Shown one piece after another: positions 1 through 13,942 of a stretch of 64,000 nucleotides of DNA. Both the position numbers and the translations under genes were made by a program. A model generated the notes under the pieces. The model ran no database searches and was not told the origin of the DNA. It was given only the letters and a program-made list of their open reading frames with translations. Positions within the stretch are counted from its first letter, which is position 1, and each line of letters opens with the position of its first letter. The DNA comes from an uncultured Erysipelotrichaceae bacterium (lineage in GTDB: Bacteria > Bacillota_I > Bacilli_A > RF39 > UBA660): positions 20,129-84,128 of the forward strand of contig CADCJQ010000003.1 in assembly GCA_902801795.1 (NCBI GenBank), given 5' to 3'.

Positions 1-2
1 AT

Positions 3-353
3 TTGGAAGAAATAACCAAAACATCAAGTAAAATAATTAATGCAATTGAGAAAAATAATATGAAAAATAAAACAGTTACAAAATTTTTAGATTATTATTT
101 ACCAATATGTGTTAAAATAGTAGATAGATATGATGACATTGAAAATCAATCGTTAACATCAAAAGATAGTAAAAAATTTATGACTGATAGTAAAAAAATC
201 ATTAGTGATACCAATAATGCTTTTAAGAAAATATTAAATAGTTTATATCAAAGTGATATTTTAAATGCTGATGCAGAAATGAAAGTCTATAATTCTATCT
301 TAAAATCTGATGGTTATGAAGAAAGTTTATTAGAAGGTGATGAAGATGAATAA
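3..353 (+). CDS. 3' end of a hypothetical protein (possibly XpaC-like, since a TelA-like gene lies nearby); partial at window edge
   Basis: Open frame running in from the window edge. Lys/Asp-rich C-terminus. No diagnostic motif recognised. Confidence 0.3.
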   Translation: MEEITKTSSKIINAIEKNNMKNKTVTKFLDYYLPICVKIVDRYDDIENQSLTSKDSKKFMTDSKKIISDTNNAFKKILNSLYQSDILNADAEMKVYNSILKSDGYEESLLEGDEDE

Positions 354-1527
354 GAAACAATTAATAGGGATAATTATTTTTATTGTTTTAATTGTTGGAA
401 TAATAATTTATAAACAATTTGGAAGTGAGATATCGGATGTTGGAATAACAACTATTTATGTTGCAACTGGTGGTGGAAAAGAAGATTTTCTAAAAGATGA
501 AGAAGTATTAAGTATTTTAAGAAAAGAATATAAAATAAATGTTATATTTGATACATGGAGTAATAGTAAAACAGTATCCATGCCATTAATTCGTGAAACT
601 ATTGGACTAGGTAATCAAGATATTATAAGCCGTATGGAAAGTGGCGAAAAATTTACTATTAATTCTCCTGGTGTTACAAAGTATGATGCTTTATTTACAT
701 CTGATATAAGATATTATGATTATTATAAACAAAGACCTGTTGATGATGAAGCCGAAAGATATACTGTTTTAGGTGGAGGATTAACTTTAAATACACCAAT
801 TGTCTTTTATAGTTGGGATAAAATAGTTGATGCTTTAATTAGTAATAATCTAGCGGAAGAACAAAATGGTATTTATTATGTAACTGATATGGATCGCTTA
901 GTAGATTATATTTTAAATGGTAAAACCTGGAAAGAATTAGGGGTATCTGACGATATTTATGGAAATGTTAGTATTTCATCGATTGATCCAGTAAAATCTA
1001 GTCCAGGCGCTACCTATTATGGATTGTTACTTGGAATATTATCTAAAGGTGAAGTGAATGAAGAAAACGTTAAAAAGAATATGCCAAAATTAAAAGAATT
1101 ATATATTAAATCAGGAAATATGCGTTTTACACCTGCGGATTTATTTCAAGAATATTTAAGAGCTGGAATGGGAACACAAAAAATAATTGTTGATTATGAA
1201 AAGAGTATTATAGACTTTTCAAATTCAAATAAAAAAGGTTTTGATCAAGTAAAGGATCGTATAAGAATACTTTATCCAAAACCAACTTCATGGAATAACC
1301 ATTGTTATATGTATTTTACCGAGAATGGTGAAATATTATATAAAGCCTTTGAAGAAAATGAAAGAATTCAACAAATTGCTTGGGAAAAATATGGTTTTAG
1401 AACAGGTATTACTGGTGGTAAATATGATGTATCAAAAATAGGTATTCCTGTACCACAAGAAATTAATAGTACAATATCAGGTTTAAGAATGAATGAATAT
1501 AATGCCTTAATAGATGGGCTTAAATAG
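337..1527 (+). CDS. hypothetical membrane-anchored extracytoplasmic protein
   Basis: 396-aa ORF. N-terminal hydrophobic helix (LIGIIIFIVLIVGIIIY), then a soluble domain. No recognisable catalytic motif. Confidence 0.45.
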   Translation: MMKMNKKQLIGIIIFIVLIVGIIIYKQFGSEISDVGITTIYVATGGGKEDFLKDEEVLSILRKEYKINVIFDTWSNSKTVSMPLIRETIGLGNQDIISRMESGEKFTINSPGVTKYDALFTSDIRYYDYYKQRPVDDEAERYTVLGGGLTLNTPIVFYSWDKIVDALISNNLAEEQNGIYYVTDMDRLVDYILNGKTWKELGVSDDIYGNVSISSIDPVKSSPGATYYGLLLGILSKGEVNEENVKKNMPKLKELYIKSGNMRFTPADLFQEYLRAGMGTQKIIVDYEKSIIDFSNSNKKGFDQVKDRIRILYPKPTSWNNHCYMYFTENGEILYKAFEENERIQQIAWEKYGFRTGITGGKYDVSKIGIPVPQEINSTISGLRMNEYNALIDGLK

Positions 1528-1536
1528 GAGGAGAAT

Positions 1537-2676
1537 ATGGAATTAAAATTAGAAAAAACAAATGTTAAAGAATTAGAAGGGCTTGCTGAAAAAAGTGTTA
1601 GTGAAGCCAAGATAGAAAAATCACTTAATTATGATAATTTGACTGATGAAGAAAAGAAAGCGATTGATAAATTTAATAGTGAAATTGATGTCTTTGATCA
1701 AACACAAATTTTACAATTTGGTAACGCTGCACAGGATAAAATATCGAAGTTTTCAGATACTGTTCTTGAAAATGTTCGTACTAAAGATACTGGTGAAGTA
1801 GGAGATTTACTTGGTAGTTTAGTTGCTGAGATTAAATCATTTGATAAAGCTTTAGATGATAATAGTAAAAGATCATTATTTGAAAAAATATTTTCTACTG
1901 CAAAAAAAGAATTTGATAAATTAGTAGCAAAATATAATACTATTGAAAAAAATATTAGTAATATTGAAGGTGGTCTTGAAAAAGATAAACTTCAAATGTT
2001 AAAAGATATTAATATTTTTGATACGATGTATGAAAAGAACTTAGAGTATTTTAAAGAAATATCACTATATATTATTGCTGGTGAAAAAAAGATTGAAGAA
2101 TTAAAGACAGTGGATTTACCTAAATTAAAAGAAGCTGCTAAAGAATCTGGTGATCATCTTGATATTCAAAAAGTTCAAGATATGGAAGCTATCATAAATC
2201 GATTAGAAAAGAAGATATATGATCTTAAAACAACCAGAATGATTTCTATTCAAATGGCACCACAAATTCGTTTATTACAAAATAATGATGCTGAACTTGT
2301 TGAAAAAATTCAAAGTTCAATAACTAATACCATTCCTTTATGGAAAAATCAAATGGTTTTAGCTTTAGGTATTAATAATGCTAATCGTGCATTAAAGAAT
2401 CAACAAGCTGTATCAAAACTTACCAATGATATGTTAAAGAAAAATAGTGAGACTTTAAAACAAGGTTCTATTAAGATTGCTGAAGAAAGTGAAAAAGCTA
2501 TTGTTGATATTGAAACGATTAGAAAAACTAATCAAGATATTATTGAAACTATTGACAAGGTTATTGAAATTCATGAAAATGGAAGAATTAAACGTCAAGA
2601 ATCTGAAAAAGAACTTGAATCTCTTGAACAAGAACTTAAAGATAAATTATTAGAGATTAATGTAGAAAAGAAATAG
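1537..2676 (+). CDS. TelA-like toxic anion resistance family protein (YaaN/YceH-like)
   Basis: 379-aa, highly charged coiled-coil-rich protein, similar in size and composition to TelA/KlaB family proteins. RBS GGAGGAG 6 nt upstream. Confidence 0.5.
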   Translation: MELKLEKTNVKELEGLAEKSVSEAKIEKSLNYDNLTDEEKKAIDKFNSEIDVFDQTQILQFGNAAQDKISKFSDTVLENVRTKDTGEVGDLLGSLVAEIKSFDKALDDNSKRSLFEKIFSTAKKEFDKLVAKYNTIEKNISNIEGGLEKDKLQMLKDINIFDTMYEKNLEYFKEISLYIIAGEKKIEELKTVDLPKLKEAAKESGDHLDIQKVQDMEAIINRLEKKIYDLKTTRMISIQMAPQIRLLQNNDAELVEKIQSSITNTIPLWKNQMVLALGINNANRALKNQQAVSKLTNDMLKKNSETLKQGSIKIAEESEKAIVDIETIRKTNQDIIETIDKVIEIHENGRIKRQESEKELESLEQELKDKLLEINVEKK

Positions 2677-2822
2677 TCAAAAAGCTATTTCTTTTATTAT
2701 TTAAATCGTTATTTTCTTTAGTATTATATTAAATTTGTGGTATACTTTTATAGAAGATAATAATTATTTAGCATAAAATTATATTTAATAGATTTAGTAA
2801 TTTTATGAGAAAGGAGGATTAT

Positions 2823-3299
2823 ATGAAGAAGTGTACGAAGTTATTAATGATTGCTGTAGTTATGATGATAGGTCTTTTAGTTACTGGATGTGGAAAGAAA
2901 AATTATGAAGAATATATTGGATATCAATTTAGTGGAAAAGATCCATGGGAAAATGAAGTTGCTGTTACTATAAGAAAAATTGAAGACGATAAGGTAACAT
3001 GGACATATACCGATGTTTATGGCGAAGGTGAAGAGGCTATTACTCTATATAATGAACTAACAAGCGATATGAAAGATGATAAAGTAAACTTTACAGTAAA
3101 AGGAGATACTGATAAAGAAGGCATTAGTTTTGAATATAAAGGAACATTAACTCTAAAAGATGGAAAAGTTATTCTTTCTTATGAAGATGGTCAATTAACT
3201 ACTAAGAGTACTGATGGTGATTCTGGTAGTTACCATATTGGTGCTGTTGAAGAAGGAAAGAGAATAATTACTCTTAATAAAGTAGTTGATAATGCGTAA
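2823..3299 (+). CDS. lipoprotein (signal peptide with lipobox LVTGC)
   Basis: AAGGAGG RBS, then ATG at 2823. N-terminus MKKCTKLLMIAVVMMIGLLVTGCGKK is a typical lipoprotein signal. Confidence 0.6.
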   Translation: MKKCTKLLMIAVVMMIGLLVTGCGKKNYEEYIGYQFSGKDPWENEVAVTIRKIEDDKVTWTYTDVYGEGEEAITLYNELTSDMKDDKVNFTVKGDTDKEGISFEYKGTLTLKDGKVILSYEDGQLTTKSTDGDSGSYHIGAVEEGKRIITLNKVVDNA

Positions 3300-3391
3300 T
3301 ATATTTACGTATGTATGAAAGGATTGTGAATGATAAAACAATTCTTTTATTTTAGATAGTTATTCACCATTTATGTGGAAAATAAAAAAAT

Positions 3392-3410
3392 ATCCACAAT
3401 AATTGTGGAT
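3392..3410. terminator. bidirectional hairpin terminator between convergent genes
   Basis: Perfect inverted repeat atccacaat-t-attgtggat with an A/T run, between the + gene ending 3299 and the - gene ending 3414. Confidence 0.5.
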
Positions 3411-3413
3411 AAT

Positions 3414-3914
3414 TTAGACACTTAATAATTTACAATGATATTCTTCTAATAAATCATTTATTTTGTTAATATTATAAACTTTATTAATAAAACAAAATCG
3501 CATAATTAAGTCATAATAATTATTTTTTGGTAATGAATAAGAAGCACTTTCTAATAATTTAAGTATTTCTTTTTCATTTAACTCTAAAGAAATTCCTAAT
3601 AGTAAAACAGTTTCTTTTGATGGATGATATTCTTTATCATTTCTTATTTTGGAAAAGAGTCTTCTATCAAGATGAACTTTATTATAAACATCACTATCTT
3701 TTAGATTTCGTTCGTCTATATAATTAAATAATATGGTTTGGAAATTGCTATTATCATGATTGCTTTCGATAAATTGATTAATGTTACTATCACCATAATT
3801 AATAGCAGTATCTTCTTCAGAGGCACTTCTTGCAAAAGAATATGCTGCTTTTGCAAAAAATGTTTTTTCTATTACCATATTTTCTTTAATATATTTTTTT
3901 AATTCTTCTTTCAT
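3414..3914 (-). CDS. hypothetical protein, possible XRE-like HTH domain
   Basis: 166-aa ORF on the minus strand. Central segment resembles a Cro/C1-type HTH (LLLGISLELNEKEILKLLE). Confidence 0.35.
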   Translation of the reverse strand: MKEELKKYIKENMVIEKTFFAKAAYSFARSASEEDTAINYGDSNINQFIESNHDNSNFQTILFNYIDERNLKDSDVYNKVHLDRRLFSKIRNDKEYHPSKETVLLLGISLELNEKEILKLLESASYSLPKNNYYDLIMRFCFINKVYNINKINDLLEEYHCKLLSV

Positions 3915-4014
3915 AAATCACCTTAATAGTATTATAGCAAGAAAATTGTCTCTTTTAAAGAGACCTATGAATATTATTTTAATTATAAAATGGTAATGAA
4001 AGAAGGGATAAAAG

Positions 4015-4626
4015 ATGAAAAAAGTAAATCAAAAAACAAAAAAGGTAGAAAGGGAAATGGATGTTGTATTCTTACTAGATCGTAGTGGTTCAATGCATGG
4101 AGTAGAAAATGATACTATTGGTGGTTATAATAGTTATCTAAAATCCTTAAAGGGAAGTAATATTAAAGTTACAACTATTCTTTTTGATGATAAGTATGAA
4201 ATAATTACCGATAGATGTCCATTAAGTAAGATGAAAGAGTTAAATAATGACATTTATTATGTTAGAGGATGTACGGCGCTTTTGGATGCTATAGGAAAAA
4301 CAATTATTAAATTAGAAGGAAATAATCCTAAGAAAGTACTATTTGTTATTACAACAGATGGACTTGAAAACGCTTCCCATGAATTTAGTAAAGAGAAAAT
4401 TAAAAAGATGATACAAGAACATCAAGATTGGGAATTTATGTATATTGGAGCTGATATTGATTCTTATAGTGAAGGAGAAAGTATTGGTATAAATCGTCAT
4501 AATATTGCTAATTATGAAAAAAGCTGTGGCGGAGTTTCAAAATTATTTGCATCTGTTGGTAAGGCTTCAAAATGTATGTATGAAAAAAATATGATAAATG
4601 ATGATTGGAAAGAAGAACTTAATTAG
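4015..4626 (+). CDS. von Willebrand factor type A (vWA) domain protein
   Basis: MIDAS-like motif VVFLLDRSGSM, then a TTD-type motif (VITTDGLEN), typical of vWA domains. Confidence 0.65.
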   Translation: MKKVNQKTKKVEREMDVVFLLDRSGSMHGVENDTIGGYNSYLKSLKGSNIKVTTILFDDKYEIITDRCPLSKMKELNNDIYYVRGCTALLDAIGKTIIKLEGNNPKKVLFVITTDGLENASHEFSKEKIKKMIQEHQDWEFMYIGADIDSYSEGESIGINRHNIANYEKSCGGVSKLFASVGKASKCMYEKNMINDDWKEELN

Positions 4627-4919
4627 TTTTTCTTTTTTTGTTTTTTAATAAAAAACCATTAATTATTAATAAAATAATAAATAATGGCTACAATATTTTA
4701 TGATTTTATGATATTATGTATATTGTCATTTAAATATTGTATTTTTATATTATTATAAATGTTAATAATATAAAGTATTCTATTATTAAATATAAAAAGT
4801 TTATGTAATAAAAAGAAAGGAGAGATTGCATATCAATTTAGTTGTTGATTGCACATTATGAAAACAATTTGTTTAACATAATGAAATGATGAATTTAATA
4901 ATTTGTCAAAATAGATAGT

Positions 4920-5462
4920 ATGTATAAATATCAAATTGGTGAAAAGTTTATTATACATAGTTATAAACATGATGGAAGTATTCATCGTTCTTGGGATGAG
5001 GCTATATTATTAGATATTAATGATGAATTTATGGTTTTTGGTAATGATAAAACAAAGGTTGTTGAATCGGATGGTAGATCGTGGCGAACAAAAGAACCAG
5101 CGATTATGTTTTTTTATAAACATAGTTGGTATAATATTATTGGTCAAATAAAAGCAGACGGCGTATATTATTATTGTAATTTAGCAAGTCCATTTGTTAT
5201 TGAGGAAAAAACTATTAAGTATATTGATTATGATTTAGATTTACGTGTTTTTCCTGATGGTGCATTTAAAATATTAGATCGAGGAGAATATCAGTATCAT
5301 AAAAAACTTATGAATTATCCTAATGTAATTGATAATATAATAAAGGATGATTTAAGTAATCTTATTAATATAGTACGTAATAAAAAATATCCTTTTAATA
5401 CTGTGATAATAAATGATTATTATAGAAAATATAATTTAATAAAAAATACTAAAAATATTTAG
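4920..5462 (+). CDS. nucleoside tri/diphosphatase Ntdp (DUF402, YgaC/SA1684 family)
   Basis: N-terminus MYKYQIGEKFIIHSYKHDGSIHRSWDE..DGRSWRTKEPAIMFF..YYYCNLASP closely matches the UPF0374/DUF402 family signature. Length about 180 aa. Confidence 0.7.
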   Translation: MYKYQIGEKFIIHSYKHDGSIHRSWDEAILLDINDEFMVFGNDKTKVVESDGRSWRTKEPAIMFFYKHSWYNIIGQIKADGVYYYCNLASPFVIEEKTIKYIDYDLDLRVFPDGAFKILDRGEYQYHKKLMNYPNVIDNIIKDDLSNLINIVRNKKYPFNTVIINDYYRKYNLIKNTKNI

Positions 5463-5646
5463 TTTTTTTTTATATATTTAATCATATATATAATAAAGAA
5501 TGCAAAAATATTTAGTTTTTATTGGAAAAATGTAAAATAAATGTAAATGCAATTGAATATAAAAAACGAAAATGATATAGTATTTAAGTCAATGCGGAAA
5601 TAGTAATGATTTTTAAAAAAATAATTGAAAAAAATAGAAAAATGTG

Positions 5647-5960
5647 TTGACAAGATAAATGATATTTGATAATATATTTGCTGTTGCTTTGAAGAAGGCA
5701 AAGAAAAAAAGGATACGAAAAAAATATTGAAAAATATTAAAAAAAGATGTTGACATAAAAGAAACATTGTGGTATCATTTAAAACGTTGTCTTCGAAAGA
5801 AAGCAATAAAGATAATTGAAAAAACTTTCAAAAAACTATTGACATAATTAAGTCATAGTGATATAATATCAAACGTTGCCTTGAGAAAGGCGATGAAGAT
5901 AATTTGAATGTTTAAAAAAGCAAAAAAATGCTTGACAAATAAACAATTATCTGATATATT
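5647..5960 (+). promoter_or_regulatory. four tandem sigma-A type promoters upstream of the rRNA operon
   Basis: TTGACA -35 boxes at 5647, 5750, 5839 and 5932. Each has 17-nt spacing to a -10 box (TAATAT, TGgTATCAT, TATAAT, TATATT). The P2/P3 modules look duplicated. Confidence 0.6.
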
Positions 5961-6062
5961 ATTTAAGCACTTGAAAAAGTTGCTGAAATGATCTTTGAAA
6001 ACTGAGCAAAACGTCAATTTTTTGTAGCTAGGATTATTAATTATAAAAAAGACTTTAAATAT

Positions 6063-7593
<1,531 letters not shown>

Positions 7594-7815
7594 ATGGAGT
7601 TAAATATCCGTATCTAGCTATTAAATATTGACTGTATGTTTTGCTTAGTTTTGAGAGATCATTTTTGATTTCTCTAGAAATAGTTCTTTGAAAACTGAAT
7701 AATGTGGTTATATATTCTTAACGAGCGAATATATAACATGCAAATATATTGATTAAGTGTATATTTGTTATAAAATCTCATCAAATTAGGATAGAAATAT
7801 CAAAAAAACAATGGT

Positions 7816-10600
<2,785 letters not shown>

Positions 10601-10676
10601 TGTTTAAATTTGATGAACACATTATTCATGTTTTGAAAGAACTATTTTGAATTTATATTTAATTTGTTAAAAATTT

Positions 10677-10784
10677 CTTAGTGATAATAGCACCAAGGGT
10701 ACACCTGTTCCCATCTCGAACACAGAAGTTAAGCTTGGTTACGCCGAAAATAGTGTATGCAAAAATAGGAAGTCGCTAAGAATT
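10677..10784 (+). rRNA. rrf: 5S ribosomal RNA (boundaries approximate)
   Basis: GTGATAATAGCACCAAGGGTACACCTGTTCCCATCTCGAACACAGAAGTTAAGC is a canonical 5S core. The 3' half is divergent. T-run follows. Confidence 0.75.
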
Positions 10785-10989
10785 TTTTTTATTTCTTGAT
10801 ATATTTATTGTATCAAGTTTTTTATTTTATAAGTAAAATTTCATATTTGCTTTTATTCTTTGTTAGTTATAAATAAACAATATGAAATGTTATGATTTTA
10901 ATTCTAATAAATAATCTAATATTGTATATTATAAAAATTCTAATAATAGTCAGTCTATCTAGTTTAAAGTATTTTTCTAGTTCAGACTA

Positions 10990-11226
10990 ATTGTGTTTAT
11001 CATTTAGATTATTAATACAGAAAGTATCAACACCATTGAAGAACAAGAAAGTATAATTAATGATTTTAACTTTATGTGGATCTACATAAGCTAGATTACT
11101 AGGCTCAAATCTAATTAAATGTCATTTCTCAAGAGTTATTGAAGTAGAAGTATAATTCTTAGCCCAATCAATCTTTTTCTTTAAATCAGGGCTTAAATCA
11201 AGTTTTTCTTTAATAATATTTAACAT
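10990..11226 (-). pseudogene. possible decayed gene remnant (two short in-frame pieces separated by a stop)
   Basis: Minus-strand reading gives MLNIIKEKLDLSPDLKKKIDWAKNYTSTSITLEK, a stop, then HLIRFEPSNLAYVDPHKVKIINYTFLFFNGVDTFCINNLND. No intact ORF of 60 aa or more. Confidence 0.2.
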
Positions 11227-11251
11227 TTCATCACATCTTTCTTAAACAACA

Positions 11252-11332
11252 AAAAAACTCAATTTTTTCGAATTGAGCTTTATCTCACGTCACTTGGTGC
11301 GACGATTTTTACATATGGAGCGATAGATAAGA
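11252..11332 (-). repeat. partial duplicate of the tRNA-Gly 3' end, trailer and terminator, without the tRNA body
   Basis: agctttatctca...cgacgatttttacatatggagcg plus the upstream hairpin ctcaattttttcgaattgag matches the segment 13715-13790 that lies immediately 3' of tRNA-Gly on the minus strand. Confidence 0.5.
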
Positions 11333-11505
11333 TAATTTGAAACAATCACTATATAAGTTAATACAACTAACTTCTACATATAGATTACCATAATTAATAA
11401 AAAAATGTAAATAAAATTAAGAAATTTTTGAGAAATTTACGAATTATTTGATGTAAATTACAAATCATATGTTATAATTATATTTAGAATAAGAGGAGGA
11501 AATTT

Positions 11506-12885
11506 ATGAACGATTCTAATAATGTGTTCGGTAACAATAATGTTACACCTACACCACAACCTATTGATACAAATGGAGTTAATCCAACTCCAAAAACTGA
11601 TAATTCAACTACAAATATGAATTCATCAGTTGATAATAATGCAGTTGGAGTTAATCCAACACAACCACAAGAAAATTTTAACACACAAATGAATAATAAT
11701 ATTTCTAATAATAATATTAATTCAACACCTACACCACAACCTGTAAATAACAATATTCCACCACAACAAAGTTTTTCATCAAGTAATTCATTAAATGACG
11801 ATGACTTATTAAAAGCATTTATAGGTAATAATTATGAAAAAATTACTACAAGACCATTTAATATTGCGGCATTCTTCTTTAATTCATTATATATGTGTTA
11901 TAGAAAAATGTTTGGGTATAGTATATTAACATTTTTAGTATTCCTTGTAGTATATAATGTTGGTAATGCCGTAGCACCTGCCTTATCATTTATATTATCA
12001 GTAGGATTATGGATTGTAATTGGTTTATATGCTAATAAATTATATTTATCTTATGCTAAAAAGAAAATCGCAATAATAAAAGCAACTTATCCACAAAAGA
12101 GTAATGAAGAATTAAAATCAATATGTGCTACAAAAGGTGGAACAAGTGTAGGAAAAATTTTCTTAGGATTACTTGCACAATTTGGTATTGCATTAGTTGT
12201 TTTATTCATAATGGCTTTAATAGGTATTGATAGTTTCATTGGAGATTTCTTTAATCCTAATAATTGGAATATAATAGTAAATGATGGAAGTGGAACAAAT
12301 GAAATTAATGATAATTCAGGAAATAATTCTTCTTCAACTAATGGAACTTTACTAGAAAATGTTAGTGTTAATGGTTATGGTTGCACGGGTTCTAAATGTA
12401 ATGTAACTATTGAAACATCTGACGGAAATTCAGAAGATTATGTATTAGGGATTAGTAATAGTGATTTCTTTAATAAACTAGGAGATTATAAAGACTACAT
12501 TAAATTGGATATATATTATAATAAAAAAGGAAGTAGTAAAACTATTGTTGGCTATAAAATATACTTAAAATCTACTAATGAAGATATAAGTAGTGCTTCA
12601 ACTGAAAGTGAATTAAGAGAAAAAATAGGATTGTATTCATTAGGGACACATACTGAAACTATGACATTAAAAGAAATTGGAACAACAGGCTTTGGTTTTG
12701 TTGATGATGAGTCATATACATATACTGAATACACATTTGTTGATAGCAAGAATATTGAATATGAAATGAAGTATAAAAACGATAATGGTTCATCAAATCT
12801 TACTGAAGGTAAACAATATAGTGTTACTTTTGAAGTAAGTGAAGGAATTTTTGATTATGATTATTATATTCAATCAATAAAATAA
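11506..12885 (+). CDS. membrane protein with N-terminal Asn/Pro/Thr-rich low-complexity region and DUF2628-like hydrophobic core
   Basis: 459 aa. NPTQ-rich N-terminus. Segment FNIAAFFFNSLYMCYRKMFG resembles the DUF2628 signature. Several transmembrane helices, then a C-terminal soluble domain. Confidence 0.4.
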   Translation: MNDSNNVFGNNNVTPTPQPIDTNGVNPTPKTDNSTTNMNSSVDNNAVGVNPTQPQENFNTQMNNNISNNNINSTPTPQPVNNNIPPQQSFSSSNSLNDDDLLKAFIGNNYEKITTRPFNIAAFFFNSLYMCYRKMFGYSILTFLVFLVVYNVGNAVAPALSFILSVGLWIVIGLYANKLYLSYAKKKIAIIKATYPQKSNEELKSICATKGGTSVGKIFLGLLAQFGIALVVLFIMALIGIDSFIGDFFNPNNWNIIVNDGSGTNEINDNSGNNSSSTNGTLLENVSVNGYGCTGSKCNVTIETSDGNSEDYVLGISNSDFFNKLGDYKDYIKLDIYYNKKGSSKTIVGYKIYLKSTNEDISSASTESELREKIGLYSLGTHTETMTLKEIGTTGFGFVDDESYTYTEYTFVDSKNIEYEMKYKNDNGSSNLTEGKQYSVTFEVSEGIFDYDYYIQSIK

Positions 12886-12959
12886 TAAAAAAACTATATG
12901 GAATAATGACATTTCATATAGTTTTTTAAAAAAATAAAAAGCACATAAAGAGTGCAAAG

Positions 12960-13211
12960 TTATTTATTTTTGTTATATTTTAAAAGATCGCATATATCAC
13001 ATTGTAAAACAAAAGCCATACGAGCTAACATATCTAAATGTATTCTTGTTACTTTGTTATTATAATATCTATTAATTAAATCATAATTTGTACCAATTAT
13101 ATTACATAATTTATTTCTACTGATGCCTTTTTTATCCAATATGTTCTTTAACATAATTTTTACTTTACCATAATCTCTTAAAATATAAATACTATCGTTC
13201 ATAACAAGCAC
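12960..13211 (-). CDS. XRE-family (Cro/C1-type) HTH transcriptional regulator
   Basis: 83 aa. LKNILDKKGISRNKLCNIIGTNYDLINRYYNNK is a classic HTH_3 motif. Confidence 0.7.
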   Translation of the reverse strand: MLVMNDSIYILRDYGKVKIMLKNILDKKGISRNKLCNIIGTNYDLINRYYNNKVTRIHLDMLARMAFVLQCDICDLLKYNKNK

Positions 13212-13428
13212 TTCCTTTAAATGAAATATATTAAAGATTCAACATTAAAAATATATATATTATAAGATTTTTTTAATATCATTACATTTCCTTAAAAGTC
13301 TTTCAATATTATTGTTTATATAAAAAAATGTAAATTATTTTGTTATATTATTTACATTTTATAGAAAAATATACAGCAACAATTGTGGGAATGTCCATGT
13401 TATAGTATAATGATAATACAAGGGAATT

Positions 13429-13662
13429 ATGGAAGATAATAATAGTAAATTAGTTAGATTCCTTCTAACACTCTTTTTAGGTTTTATTGGAAGTTTTATT
13501 ATAAACCATACAAGTTTAAAACCAGTGGGATTTAGAAGTAGAACTGCTGCATATTTCTTCTTAACACTAATTACTTTTTGTATTTATGGATTAGTTGCAA
13601 GTATTTGTAATTTAACATTTAATCCATCTGCCGATAAAAATATTGGTTATGTTAAAGAATAA
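13429..13662 (+). CDS. small membrane protein
   Basis: 77 aa with two predicted transmembrane helices. Confidence 0.35.
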   Translation: MEDNNSKLVRFLLTLFLGFIGSFIINHTSLKPVGFRSRTAAYFFLTLITFCIYGLVASICNLTFNPSADKNIGYVKE

Positions 13663-13714
13663 AAGAAGAGAAATCTTCTTTTTTTGAATAAAAAAGATTC
13701 GGTCAATCTATTTA

Positions 13715-13742
13715 CAAAAAAACTTAATTATTTCTAATTAAG
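13715..13742 (-). terminator. rho-independent terminator of tRNA-Gly (minus strand)
   Basis: On the minus strand, hairpin cttaattagaaataattaag followed by TTTTTTT. Confidence 0.55.
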
Positions 13743-13782
13743 CTTTATCTCAACATCGGTTGTTCCGACGATTTTTACATAT

Positions 13783-13855
13783 GGAGCGGATGATGGGAAT
13801 CGAACCCACATGGTCAGCTTGGAAGGCTGAAGTTCTACCACTAAACTACATCCGC
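13783..13855 (-). tRNA. tRNA-Gly (anticodon TCC)
   Basis: Reverse complement GCGGATGTAGTTTAGTGGTAGAACTTCAGCCTTCCAAGCTGACCATGTGGGTTCGATTCCCATCATCCGCTCCA folds as a cloverleaf. Anticodon loop CTTCCAA. Encoded CCA. Confidence 0.9.
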
Positions 13856-13942
13856 GACTAATAAAATAATATCTAATGTCATTTACAAAAGACATTTATT
13901 AGTATATCAAAAATATAATAAAAGTCAATATTTTTCAGTAAA

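Noticed and set aside
5519-5806. 95-aa minus-strand ORF in the rRNA promoter region
   Set aside because: Lies entirely within the tandem rRNA promoter array. Low-complexity Phe/Ile-rich translation typical of AT-rich non-coding DNA.
7594-7815. Searched the 16S-23S spacer for tRNA-Ile/Ala
   Set aside because: No cloverleaf-compatible sequence. The spacer is AT-rich and tRNA-free.
11484-11753. 89-aa minus-strand ORF overlapping the start of 11506..12885
   Set aside because: Antisense to a well-supported longer gene. Cys/Gly/Leu-rich artefact of the NPT-rich coding repeat.
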